From positions 11,346,001 to 11,410,000 of the forward strand of contig JBHGNT010000006.1 in assembly GCA_043228905.1 (NCBI GenBank): 64,000 bases of DNA, given 5' to 3'. The position numbers were made by a program, and so were the translations under genes. The number at the start of each line of letters is the position of its first letter. Within the stretch, counting starts at the first letter, position 1. Shown here piece after piece: positions 1-9,897 of the stretch. The DNA is from Azolla caroliniana (Eukaryota > Plantae > Polypodiophyta). Below the pieces are notes generated by a model, which ran no database searches, was not told the origin of the DNA, and saw only the letters and a program-made list of their open reading frames with translations.

Positions 1-450
1 TTCCTCGAAATTATTCAGTAGAGGAGAATTGGTCTCTAGCAATGGAGCAAACCACGACAACGCTATGCCAGTCAATAAAGTGCCCACTAGCCCGACTTGT
101 GATGCATCTGTTGGATAACGTGCGGGATGCATTTGAATCACCAACCGTACTTGATTCAAAAAACCTCGGAAATGCGCCCTCGACCCATCAAATTTAGCTG
201 GGAGGCTAATTTTGGGCTCCTTGATAAGTCCGTGACCTTCAACCCTTTGTTGTTGTAACACGACGATTGTCGACTCTAATTGTTGCACTCGTCGCGTGAA
301 CTCCTCTTGTTGTTGTTGCTTCTCTATAGTAACCTTTTGTAGATCCCCAAGTAGACGTTGATTCTCTACTTCAAGAGATGCGAACTTGGATTTAAGGTTC
401 TCCATTTCTGCAACAAGGGTGAGATATTCTTCTGAGTTAATGGCAGCCAT
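1..450 (-). CDS. Retrotransposon Gag N-terminus (sushi/PEG10-like), truncated by the window edge
   Basis: Manual translation from 450 gives MAAINSEEYLTLVAEMENLK...KEPKISLPAKFDGSRAHFRGFLNQVRLVIQMHPARYPTDASQVGLVGTLLTGIALSWFAPLLE..., 150 codons with no stop. A coiled coil followed by P..FDG...F..F..Q is typical of sushi-type Gag. Confidence 0.85.
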   Translation of the reverse strand, partial: MAAINSEEYLTLVAEMENLKSKFASLEVENQRLLGDLQKVTIEKQQQQEEFTRRVQQLESTIVVLQQQRVEGHGLIKEPKISLPAKFDGSRAHFRGFLNQVRLVIQMHPARYPTDASQVGLVGTLLTGIALSWFAPLLETNSPLLNNFEE

Positions 451-516
451 GGTTTCAGGATGGTTACAAAGGAGGATAAGAGAGAGTGAGAGAGAGAGAG
501 AGAATTCGAATCAAAC

Positions 517-785
517 TGTCAAAACCAAGGATAAAAGATAGAGTGATGGAAGAAGGATAGAGAAGAATGGATGTATAAGATAGAGAAAGAAAGAGAATGG
601 ATACAAGATATGTAATGAGAGCTAAAGACTGGTGTTGATTCGAATTGATTTGAGAATACATGTATGCGCTTATTTATAGGTTTCTATAGAATAGCTTAGA
701 GATTTCTAGAATGTTCTAGAATGTTCTAGACCTAGAATGCTCTAGGACATTCTAGAACATTCTAGAATAATCTAGAGTTTTTACA
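517..785 (-). repeat. 5' LTR (269 bp) of chromovirus 1
   Basis: TG...CA ends with 8/9-bp terminal inverted repeats, a TATA box, and a non-tRNA PBS directly downstream (514-503). Confidence 0.8.
703..768. promoter_or_regulatory. Heat-shock element arrays in LTR U3
   Basis: TTC-TA-GAA-TG-TTC-TA-GAA-TG-TTC (704-726) and TTC-TA-GAA-CA-TTC-TA-GAA (750-767) are perfect alternating nGAAn pentamers 25-90 bp upstream of the minus-strand TATA box. Confidence 0.75.
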
Positions 786-3783
786 ATAATCAATGTAATA
801 CAAGAAGTAGCTTTTATTGTTTCATATAACAATAAGCTATCTTAATGGTTGAGGTTTTCAAGTATGAATTACAAGGTTCGAGGTTCAAGTCCGGGTGACG
901 CCATAATGGTCATGTGTTCATGACACATTGCACCCTCCATTTATTTGTGACATTTTGTTTTAGTAGGTAACACATGGTTTTTTGAACCTTGTTTTCACCA
1001 CTTCTTGACTCGTATAGGTAGTGACTTATTTTTATCTCTTTTTTCATAACACAAGCACATTTCTTGTTTGATTCCGATAGGTTCTCACAATTTTCTTAAT
1101 AATCACTTGGTGTAGCAAATGTAAGTCCACATAAACGCTAGTGATAATATCGATCAAGTTCACATGTCAAATGGAGGCGTCCAATACATTTGTGGCCTTA
1201 TTTGTCAGTTGCCAATTCAAATAGACACATATATGGAGAAGCTTGACTTCCACGTTATGAAACTACAATCCAAAAATGTCATTTTAGGATACCCTTGGGT
1301 TAATCGCTCAATCACATTTGAATTTAATAATTGTAAGTATTTTATTCAATGTTCGAAACTTCCTTCTCATTCACTTTTGTCTTACAAATCTTGAAGTGAG
1401 TATTCTAATTCACTTTTGTCATCAATTTATTCGTGTGTAATTGATCTTGCACTTCAATTTTATTATTTTAATATTGACACCACACAATTACCACATTATC
1501 AATGACAATTACTCGACTCTATTTTAGACAATTTTGAAAGATGTGTTTCCTAATGCATTGTTGTTTACTTTACCACCAAGAAAAGAGTTGGAGCTTGTGC
1601 TTGAGGTACCAAATACCGAAGATGGTATAGTTGTAGATTGGAATGAGATAACAAATGCTTGTAATAAATTTATGAAAAGAATGAAAAGGAAAGTGAAATG
1701 TTACAAATATCACATGTGGGAATCACGAATCGTCTACAGCAAAACATCGAAGTTCAAAGTCTAGGTCGAGAACCATCATACGAAATAGTGCACCAACCAC
1801 GACAAATGATCGGAACTAAGAGTGAATCTTTGCTTGATGATTTGGTTCAAAGTATGAACTTGATTTAACAATTAAAGTAGCAAAGCTTGAGGATGGTTAG
1901 ACTTCAAGGTCAAGCAAAAGCATGAAACAAGAGAAAGCAAAAGAAAAGAGATGGAGGCAAATGTCGATAAAGCTAAATTTGGCCCTTCATTCAATTAATG
2001 TCTGATATTGAAAAGGATATTGATTTAAAGAAAATTTTAGAATCAAGAATACTAGATAGTCTAGTAGAATTCACACTAAGAGAAGTGTTAGATATTGCAA
2101 AAAAATAGTTTCATGATGAAATAATTGATATTATGCCAAGAAAGAAGCAAGTTAATGAGCATATTAAAGAGAAAAATGTGAAGGTTATTACAACCTTCTA
2201 ATGCACCATACTCGAACTGATGGCTCATTGTTCTAAAGAAAGATGGTTCTTAAAGATTCATTCAAGATCTATAACCAGTCAACAAAGTCACAATCCGAAA
2301 TACAGGAATTGAACCGATCGTTGATGAAATGGTAGAAGCCTTTACTGGAAGAGCAAATTACTCTATTGGAGACCTATATTCGGGATACAACCAATTTGAA
2401 AACACCAATTGGTTTGGGTCGAATGTCCAGTCTACCTCAAGGTGCAACAAATTTAGTTGCTCATATGATGAATGCAATGAACAAAGTTCGACATGAGTAC
2501 ATCCCAAAGGTAACCATGCCATTTTTAGATGATATTCCTATTTAGGGATGTTTAGACAGAGAGAAAAATAACACTATAGTTGGAATTTGTTGTAGAAAGT
2601 TTGTGGTGGATCACATAAATGATTGTGAAAGTATTTTAAATAAGCTTGAGCAGGTACATTTGACACTATCAGGAACAAAGTCAAGCTTTGGGCAGAATGA
2701 AGTTCTAGTAGTTGGTCATATGTGTGAATGGTATGAGAGGAAGCATTCACTAATCAAAATTAACACAATAAAAAAGAAGGTTTGTCTTAGAGGTGAGAAG
2801 TTTTTAGGTACATGTGTGTTTTATTATATTTAGTTACCACACATTACACATGTCTCAGATCCTCTTTACCAACTTTAAAGAAAAGAGAAGAAGTTTATTT
2901 GGACTGTCGAACATACACAAGTTGTTCAACAATTAAAAGAAGCATTATTAAAACCTCTAGTTCTTTGCCAACCAAACGACAAAGGTGGAAGACTATTTAT
3001 AGTGACAATTGATACTAGTCCGATTGGGATCGGTTGGGTTATCAACCAAGAAGATGAAGAGCAACATTGATATGCTACTAGGTTTGGGGCAAAGATATTA
3101 AATGACAGACAAAGAAATTATGCACAAGTTAAATCAGAATTGTTGGGTTTGCTTACTGCATTAAAAAGAAATAGAGATTATGTACTTGATTGGAGTGGGT
3201 GTAGTGGTTGAAACAGATTGTTTGCCACTAATTGGAATGATAGCAAGTTGCACGACACTAGATATTGTAATGCTTAGGTGGATTGCATACATCAAAACCA
3301 TGAACCTACAGTTACGACATTTAAAGGGCAAAGAGAACATAGTTACAGATATGTTGTCAAGAGCAAGGTTCATTAATGAAAAGGTGACGCAAAGTTAAGA
3401 TAAGAATTGGGCAACTACAAGTCATCAAGTTGCGCATAAAGTATCTATTGAACCAAGTGATGAGTTTAAATATAAGCATAATGTTCAAAGACAAGGAATA
3501 TGAAGATCAGTGGTTGGAAATAGGGAACCCATCATTATTGGTCGAAAAACAATTAAACAAATTTCAAAGAAGACATTCAAGTTTTATTTACATGAAGGAA
3601 ATTTATGGAGGCATCGAAATAAGCCAATCGAAAATCCTCTTCGAGTCATTTGTAAGGATGATATTAAGAGAATGTTAATTATTGAATTCCATGATAGTTT
3701 ATGGGTAGGACATAGAGGTATATGGGCGACATTTATGAAGTTGAAGGAAAAGTATTGGTGGACACATATTGTCATAGACACGA

Positions 3784-3854
3784 TGGAATGTAGGGGGTTG
3801 AACACATGACCTCTTGGTCTTATTGGGCAACCTTACCAATTGAGGTACATTCCA
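3784..3854 (-). other. tRNA-like (A-box/B-box) module inside LTR U3; second copy at 11337-11407
   Basis: Reverse complement of the 3' LTR copy is TGGAATG TA GCTC AATTGGTA...ATGGG TTCAACC CCCTA CATTCCA: 71 nt, a perfect 7-bp acceptor stem, A box TAGCTCAATTGG, B box GGTTCAACCC, and a degenerate anticodon arm. Confidence 0.7.
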
Positions 3855-3910
3855 TCTATGCATAATTATATTGTATAAGTTTCAACTTATTACATTGTAA
3901 GTTAATCACT

Positions 3911-3930
3911 AGAACTTTCAAGAAACTTCT
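3911..3930. promoter_or_regulatory. Heat-shock element in LTR of chromovirus 2 (also in 3' LTR at about 11464-11483)
   Basis: aGAActTTCaaGAAacTTCt is four perfect alternating pentamers about 90 bp upstream of the TATA box. Confidence 0.7.
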
Positions 3931-4100
3931 AGAGAATGCATAGGCATGCACTCTCTAGAAGTTTCCATGCATTCTCTAGATGTTTCCTAGCTTACATGCA
4001 TACCACCACATTCTTGTATAAATACTTCGGTGCACCTTGATTACAATCAAGGTGAACAACACCAAATATGGAGGCATAATTTAGTTCTCGCTCTTTTGTC

Positions 4101-4143
<43 letters not shown>

Positions 4144-5624
4144 TCTTGTCTATGCTCCTCTCTATCTATATATCTATCTTTCTCTCTTTTTTAATATTGA
4201 GCTCGCCTACTTGTCCTTGCCCTCGTCTACGTCCGTGGCAGTTTGTTCACCTTCCCTTCTTATTACCATGTCCGACTCGGCCTTAAACCAAGTAATGGCA
4301 GCCTCGGAACAACTTCAATTAGAAAATGAAAGCCTTCGTTAGTCATTGCGAGAGCTTCAAAATAGCACAGCCAACAATCCCATTATTTGTTGCGGCTTGA
4401 TCAACTTCAGATGTTCGCCACCTACATGTTACATGATGATTCTTTGCTCAACGAGATCGCCACGACAATTGTGTTAGACCCATTCACCAAAGAAATCATG
4501 GGCCACATTAATGACCCATCTCCGAACATGAAAAGCTCATATCTCAACCAATTTACAACCCGGGATGGGTTACTATATCGTAATCATCTCTTGTACGTTC
4601 CCGAAGGATCATGTCGTACACGGTTTCTACAAAATTATCATGATGATCCTCTTGCCGACCACTTTGGGGTTAGGAAAACCCTGGAATTGTATCTCGAGGG
4701 TTTTGGTGGCCACAACCTTGGAAATTTGTCAAGGAATTGATAAAGTCATGTGATGTATGTGCTCGGTCCAAAACGCCTCACCATCAGCCATATGGTCTTC
4801 TCCACCCGCTCCCCATTCCACGTCGACCATGGGTCTCTCTATCCATGGACTTTATCACCGACCTCCCTCTGGTTGGTGGACATGACACGATGCTAGTCAT
4901 TGTCGATCGGTTTTCGAAGATGGCTCACTTTGTTCCATGTTCCAAAACCATTTCTAGGGAAGAGACAACTGATCTTTTTCTTAAAAATGTTGTTCGATTA
5001 CACGGCTTACCCGAGGATATCACCTCTGATCGAGGTTCTCAGTTCATTTCCCACTTTTGGCAACGACTTCTACAAACATTCGGGACTTCTGTCAACTTGT
5101 CATCAGTATACCATCCGCAAACGGATGGACAAACGGAGCGAGTCAACCAAATCCTCAAACAATACCTTCGGTGTACCGTGAGCTACCTGTTGAACACGGT
5201 GCTCGGCCACAACCGAGGAATAGGATCAACTCACAGAAAACAGGAAATACAAAGTACACGAAGACAATAGAGAGAAAAAAAATACACAGGATGTTTTACG
5301 TGGAAAACCCTAAATGGGAAAAACCACGGAAGTCCTCAAACTCCAACTATCACTATGAACAGAGATGTACAATGGTGAAGCCACAAGGCAACAACCTTGA
5401 GCTCACTGTCTTCGCCGCAGACGGCGGTAATACACAGAGGCAACGACCTCTTCGTCTTTCTCACACACACACACTCTCTCTCTCTCTCTCGGCTGCTCTC
5501 TTCACTCTCTCTAAGTGGAAAAAACAGAAAATGAGCAACAACACAAAACTATTTGCCCTAAGTCATATTTATACACATATGACTTTCGGGCTATTTACAA
5601 ATATAGTCTCCGCATCCGGATCTC

Positions 5625-5780
5625 TCTCCGTAACCGGGGTCTTCATCATCCAGCTCCGTAGCCGGGTCTTCATCATCCGGCTCCGTAGTCGGGGTCTTCA
5701 TCATCCGGCTCCGTAGCCGGGGTCTTCATCATCCGGCTCCGTAACCGGGTACTCTTCATCCTCCGGTTCCGTAACCGCAA
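5625..5780. repeat. 28-bp tandem repeat in copia LTR U3 (also at about 10365-10520)
   Basis: About 5 units of CATCATCCGGCTCCGTAGCCGGGGTCTT. Confidence 0.85.
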
Positions 5781-5796
5781 CCAGGCCTGCCGTCAT

Positions 5797-8700
5797 TCAT
5801 CTCCGGACATCCCATCCGGAGGGACCGAAAAATCCCAACAAACTCCCCAATCCGATCCTCTTCCGGCATGCTTCCAGCTTGTCGGGTGTAAGTACCTTGG
5901 TCAGCATATCCGACCCGTTCTCGTCCGTGTGGATCTTCGTCAGCACGAACTCCTTGTCTTCTATCCTTTCCCGGATCCAGTGGTATCTACGCTGGATGTG
6001 CTTCGTCCGGGAGTGATAGGCCGCATTCTTCGCAAGGTGGATGGCACTCTGACTGTCGCAGTAGAGTCGGTACTCCTCCTGCTGGATACCGAGCTCTCTA
6101 ATAAAGTCCTTCATCCATATTATTTCCTTGCCGGCTTCAACGGCCGCCATGTACTCCGCCTCCGTGGTTGACAGTGCAACCGTCTTCTGCAGCCTTGACT
6201 GCCACGAAACAGCTCCCCCTGCATACGTCATCACATACCCTGATGTGGACCGGCTGGTATCTGCATCAGCCGACATATCCGAATCGGTAAAGCCGTCGAG
6301 TTCGGGCTTTCCGGAGCCGAATCGGAGGCATACGTTTGCCGTGCCCTTCAGGTATCGGAGTATCCACTTGACCGCGTTCCAGTGTTCTTTGCCGGGATTG
6401 CTCATGTACCGGCTCACCACTCCGACTGCATATCCTATGTCCGATCTTGTACACACCATTGCGTACATCAAGCTTCCGACGGCAGAGGCATATGGTACTT
6501 TCATCATGTCCTCTTTCTCAGCCTTTGTCTTGGGGCTTTGCTTGCTGGACAGCTTGCAGTTTGCCGGGAGGGTTGATCCGACCGGTCTTGCTTCCGACAT
6601 GTTGAACCGGTGAAGCACCTTTGTTACGTACTTCTCCTGTGACAACCACAACTGCTTCTTCTTCCGGTCTCGGATGATGTGCATCCCTAGTATTTGCCTC
6701 GCCGGACCCAGGTCCTTCATTGAGAAGGTTCGGTGAAGTGCTTTCTTCAGCATCCGTATCTTGCCCTGGTCCCGTCCGACGATCAACATGTCGTCTACGT
6801 ACAGGAGAAGTATTAGAGAGTCTCCTCCTTCAAACTTCTTCACAAACACGCAGTGATCGGACTGCGTTTTGTGGTACCCTTCGTCGGTCATGAAGGAGTC
6901 GAACTTCCGGTACCATTGCCGGGGAGCCTGCTTCAGTCCGTAAAGGCTCTTCTTCAACCGGCATACCAGGTGCTCCTTCCCTTTCTTCTCGAATCCTTCC
7001 GGTTGCTGCATGTAGATCTCTTCTTCGAGGTCACCGTGAAGGAATGCCGTCTTCACGTCCATCTGTTCTACCTCGAGGTCCATGCTTGCCGCTATGCTCA
7101 GCACCGTCTGGATGGAGGTCATCTTCACTACCGGGGCAAATATCTCGTCGAAGTCGACGCCCTTCTTCTGCTGGAACCCCTTCACCACGATCCTGGCTTT
7201 GTATCTCGGGGGGTTTTCGGCATCTCCCGGTTTCAGCTTGAACACCCACTTGTTTCGAAGTGCCCGCTTTCCTTTCGGCAACTCCACAAGTTCATATGTG
7301 TGGTTCTCATGCAGGGAATCCATCTCCTCCTGCATGGCACTTAACCACCTGCGGCTATGGGTGTCAAGCTTTGCTTCTTCAAAACTCTCCGGCTCCCCCT
7401 CGTCGGTTAGCAGCACGTGCTCTGGTTCCGGAAATCTCCGGGGGGCCCTTCTCTCTCTTAGAGGGTATCTCCGTTCCGGAGCTTCGGTAACCGGCTGCTC
7501 CGTTTCCTCTTCATCCGAATCCATTTCGGAATCGGGGCCGGTTCCGGTATCAGTTTCATCTTCCTCGGCCGGTTCTGTTTCTTCACCGTCTTCGGCCGGA
7601 TCCTCGAGTGCTAACCGGTCCCTTGCCGGTCGGGACTGCTCCTCGTAGAGTTTATCCTCACCGGTCGACTTGGAGCTCTTCATCTTCTTCTCCGACTCCC
7701 AGTCGGCGAGTGTCTTGTCCTCCATGAAGATGATATCTCGACTCCTGAATATCTTCTTGTCGACCGGGTCCCATACTCGGTAGCCGAACTCGTCGTCGCC
7801 GTAACTGAGGAATATGCATGGCCGGGTCTTTGGGTCTAGCTTTCCTCTCCGGTCCTTTGCCACATGCACATATGCGAGACACCCGAACACCTTCAGATGC
7901 CGGTAGGATACTTCCCTACCGGTCCACACTCTCTGCGGCGTGTCTCCGTCCAAAGGTACTGAGGGTGATCTGTTTATCACGTATGTCGCCGTCGACATTG
8001 CCTCAGCCCAAAACCCCTTGGGTAATTTCGCATGCGCCAGCATACTCCGGACCCTCTCCATTATGGTCCGGTTCATCCTCTCGGCCAGCCCGTTCAGTTC
8101 CGACGTCTTCGGCACAGTAAACTCGAGCCGGATTCCCTTCGAGCGACAGTACTCCTTGAACTGCCCCCGGTATTCCCCTCCGTTATCCCCTCGTATCGCT
8201 TTCAGCTCCTTGCCGGATTCCCTTTCCACTCTCGCGTGGAGTTCTTTGAAGACGGACAATACTTGGTCCTTTGTCTTCAACGGTGCCGTCCACAGCTTCC
8301 GGCTGTGGTCATCAATGAATGTCACGAAGTACTGGGCTCCGCCATGTGACTTCGTTTCTACTTGACACACATCAGTGTGCACCAACTCCAATGGTGCGCT
8401 ACGTCTCGTCGGTGGCCTTGAGTGGAAGGAGGCTCGGTTCTGCTTACCGGCCAGGCAATCGGTGCACTTCTCCAGATGCACATGCTTCACTGGAATAAGG
8501 TTGTCTTCTGCAAGCCTCTTCATCCCCTTCTCACTCATGTGACACAGTCTCTTGCGCCACAGCTCACCGGCAGTATCGGCTGCCACGTTCAGCTCCTCCG
8601 GACATAGCCGGGAATTCATCAGGTACAGTGTGTTGACCTTCCGGGCCCGAGCCACTATCAGGCTCCCTTTGCTGAACTTCATGACACCGTTCCGGATGCT

Positions 8701-9897
8701 ACCCGTGTAGCCTTCATCGTCTAGCCTCCCGGCCGAAATCAGGTTCAATCGGACCTCCGGAACGTGTCGTACATCCTTCAGCAGCATCTTGCATCCGGTT
8801 GATGTCATCAGCCACACGTCTCCTATGCCGGCAATCCGACATGTGCCTTCATTTCCCATCCGGACACAGCCGTGCTCACCGGCTGTGTAGGATGAGAAGT
8901 ATTTCTTCTCCGGGGTCAGGTGGAACGACGCTCCGGAATCGACCACCCAGGTCATCTCTACACCGGCAAGGTTCAGCTCCCTCTCTTCGGTAATGAGCAT
9001 TATCTCTTCTTCACTTGCCGCGAGTGCCGTCGTTCCTTTCCGGTCCTGCCCTCGCCGATCCGGACCTCTCCGGTCCGTGGCTCCCCGGTATGCACCGTTT
9101 CTCTCCGGTGACTTCTTCGAATCGGTGTCGTCGGCTCCGTTGTCCTTTCGGTAATGCCGACAATTCTTCCGGAAGTGCCCCGGCTTCCCACAGTGGAAGC
9201 ATGTGGGTCTTCCTCTTGACTGCGACCGGGTCCCCGACTTCTCCCGTCTTTGCGGACTCCGGTTCCATTGTCTTCCCCGATCCGATTCGGTAAGCAGCAT
9301 CTTCGGATCGGAGGCCGGTTCTTTATCTCTCCGACGCGCTTCTTCGTTCAAAATACTTGTCTTTACCGTTTGTAGAGACAAGTTATCTTCGGTGCAGGAG
9401 GTGCTGAGAGTCACGACCAAGTTCTCCCAGCTTTCCGGCAATGTACACATCAGAATGATGGCTTGCATTGCATCCTCCAACGGGAACTTGATCGCCGCAA
9501 GCTGGTTCACGAATCCCATGAACGTGCTCACGTGTTCCACCATATTCTCGCCGTCCCGGTACTTGAGGTTCACTATCTTCCTCATCAGGGAGGTCCGGTT
9601 CAACGCATTCTTCCTCTCGTAGAGGCCCGACAGCTTCTTCCACATCTCATAGGCGTTCGTATCGTTCGCCACATGTTGCAGGACACTTACATCGACATAT
9701 TGCCGGATCGTCGCTACGGCTTTCCGGTTCAGGAGCTTCCACTCCGACTCTATTACCCCCTTGGGTATCTCGGCATTGTCGATCGGTTCGTACAGGTCTC
9801 GGACGATGAGAAGGTCTTCCATCTTTATCTTCCAGTCGGCGTAGTTCTGTGAGTTCAACACCATCATGCCCGGAGGCCCACTACCGCCGCCTTCCAT
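5797..9897 (-). CDS. Copia Gag-Pol polyprotein (Gag, CCHC, PR, IN, RT, RH), uninterrupted, about 1366 aa
   Basis: First ATG after the PBS is at 9897. Motifs: CFHCGKPGHFRKNC, WVVDSGAS, VHTDVC/DNGGEY/NGLAERMNRT, MDVKTAFL, LYVDDML, FTDSD, CDSQSAIH, DMLTK. The stop lies inside the 3' LTR. Confidence 0.95.
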   Translation of the reverse strand: MEGGGSGPPGMMVLNSQNYADWKIKMEDLLIVRDLYEPIDNAEIPKGVIESEWKLLNRKAVATIRQYVDVSVLQHVANDTNAYEMWKKLSGLYERKNALNRTSLMRKIVNLKYRDGENMVEHVSTFMGFVNQLAAIKFPLEDAMQAIILMCTLPESWENLVVTLSTSCTEDNLSLQTVKTSILNEEARRRDKEPASDPKMLLTESDRGRQWNRSPQRREKSGTRSQSRGRPTCFHCGKPGHFRKNCRHYRKDNGADDTDSKKSPERNGAYRGATDRRGPDRRGQDRKGTTALAASEEEIMLITEERELNLAGVEMTWVVDSGASFHLTPEKKYFSSYTAGEHGCVRMGNEGTCRIAGIGDVWLMTSTGCKMLLKDVRHVPEVRLNLISAGRLDDEGYTGSIRNGVMKFSKGSLIVARARKVNTLYLMNSRLCPEELNVAADTAGELWRKRLCHMSEKGMKRLAEDNLIPVKHVHLEKCTDCLAGKQNRASFHSRPPTRRSAPLELVHTDVCQVETKSHGGAQYFVTFIDDHSRKLWTAPLKTKDQVLSVFKELHARVERESGKELKAIRGDNGGEYRGQFKEYCRSKGIRLEFTVPKTSELNGLAERMNRTIMERVRSMLAHAKLPKGFWAEAMSTATYVINRSPSVPLDGDTPQRVWTGREVSYRHLKVFGCLAYVHVAKDRRGKLDPKTRPCIFLSYGDDEFGYRVWDPVDKKIFRSRDIIFMEDKTLADWESEKKMKSSKSTGEDKLYEEQSRPARDRLALEDPAEDGEETEPAEEDETDTGTGPDSEMDSDEEETEQPVTEAPERRYPLRERRAPRRFPEPEHVLLTDEGEPESFEEAKLDTHSRRWLSAMQEEMDSLHENHTYELVELPKGKRALRNKWVFKLKPGDAENPPRYKARIVVKGFQQKKGVDFDEIFAPVVKMTSIQTVLSIAASMDLEVEQMDVKTAFLHGDLEEEIYMQQPEGFEKKGKEHLVCRLKKSLYGLKQAPRQWYRKFDSFMTDEGYHKTQSDHCVFVKKFEGGDSLILLLYVDDMLIVGRDQGKIRMLKKALHRTFSMKDLGPARQILGMHIIRDRKKKQLWLSQEKYVTKVLHRFNMSEARPVGSTLPANCKLSSKQSPKTKAEKEDMMKVPYASAVGSLMYAMVCTRSDIGYAVGVVSRYMSNPGKEHWNAVKWILRYLKGTANVCLRFGSGKPELDGFTDSDMSADADTSRSTSGYVMTYAGGAVSWQSRLQKTVALSTTEAEYMAAVEAGKEIIWMKDFIRELGIQQEEYRLYCDSQSAIHLAKNAAYHSRTKHIQRRYHWIRERIEDKEFVLTKIHTDENGSDMLTKVLTPDKLEACRKRIGLGSLLGFFGPSGWDVRR

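Larger units (their letters stand above)
1..785 (-). mobile_element. 5' part of a Ty3/gypsy sushi/Tcn1-like chromovirus (LTR + gag), running off the left edge
   Basis: Minus-strand LTR 785..517 with inverted termini TGTAAAAAC...GTTTTGACA and TATAAATA at 678-671. It is followed by an open gag frame starting at ATG 450. Confidence 0.85.
3770..4240 (+). repeat. 5' LTR of chromovirus 2
   Basis: Direct repeat of 11323-11769, with TATAAATA at 4017-4024, an HSE at 3911-3930 and a (CT)n tract. Confidence 0.93.

Noticed and set aside
3784-3854. Functional tRNA gene
   Set aside because: The anticodon and D stems do not pair properly and the T stem is partial. It is reported only as a tRNA-like module.
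5057-5716. ORFs of 219, 132 and 222 aa in copia LTRs (also 10032-10430 and 58693-59361)
   Set aside because: They are antisense frames through LTR microsatellites and tandem repeats with no recognisable domain. They recur only because the LTRs are repeated.
5929-9852. Many overlapping antisense or alternative-frame ORFs within gag-pol (also 14771-16053, 17307-19884, 53050-57278, 61093-63767)
   Set aside because: Shadow ORFs expected in GC-rich coding sequence; no motifs.
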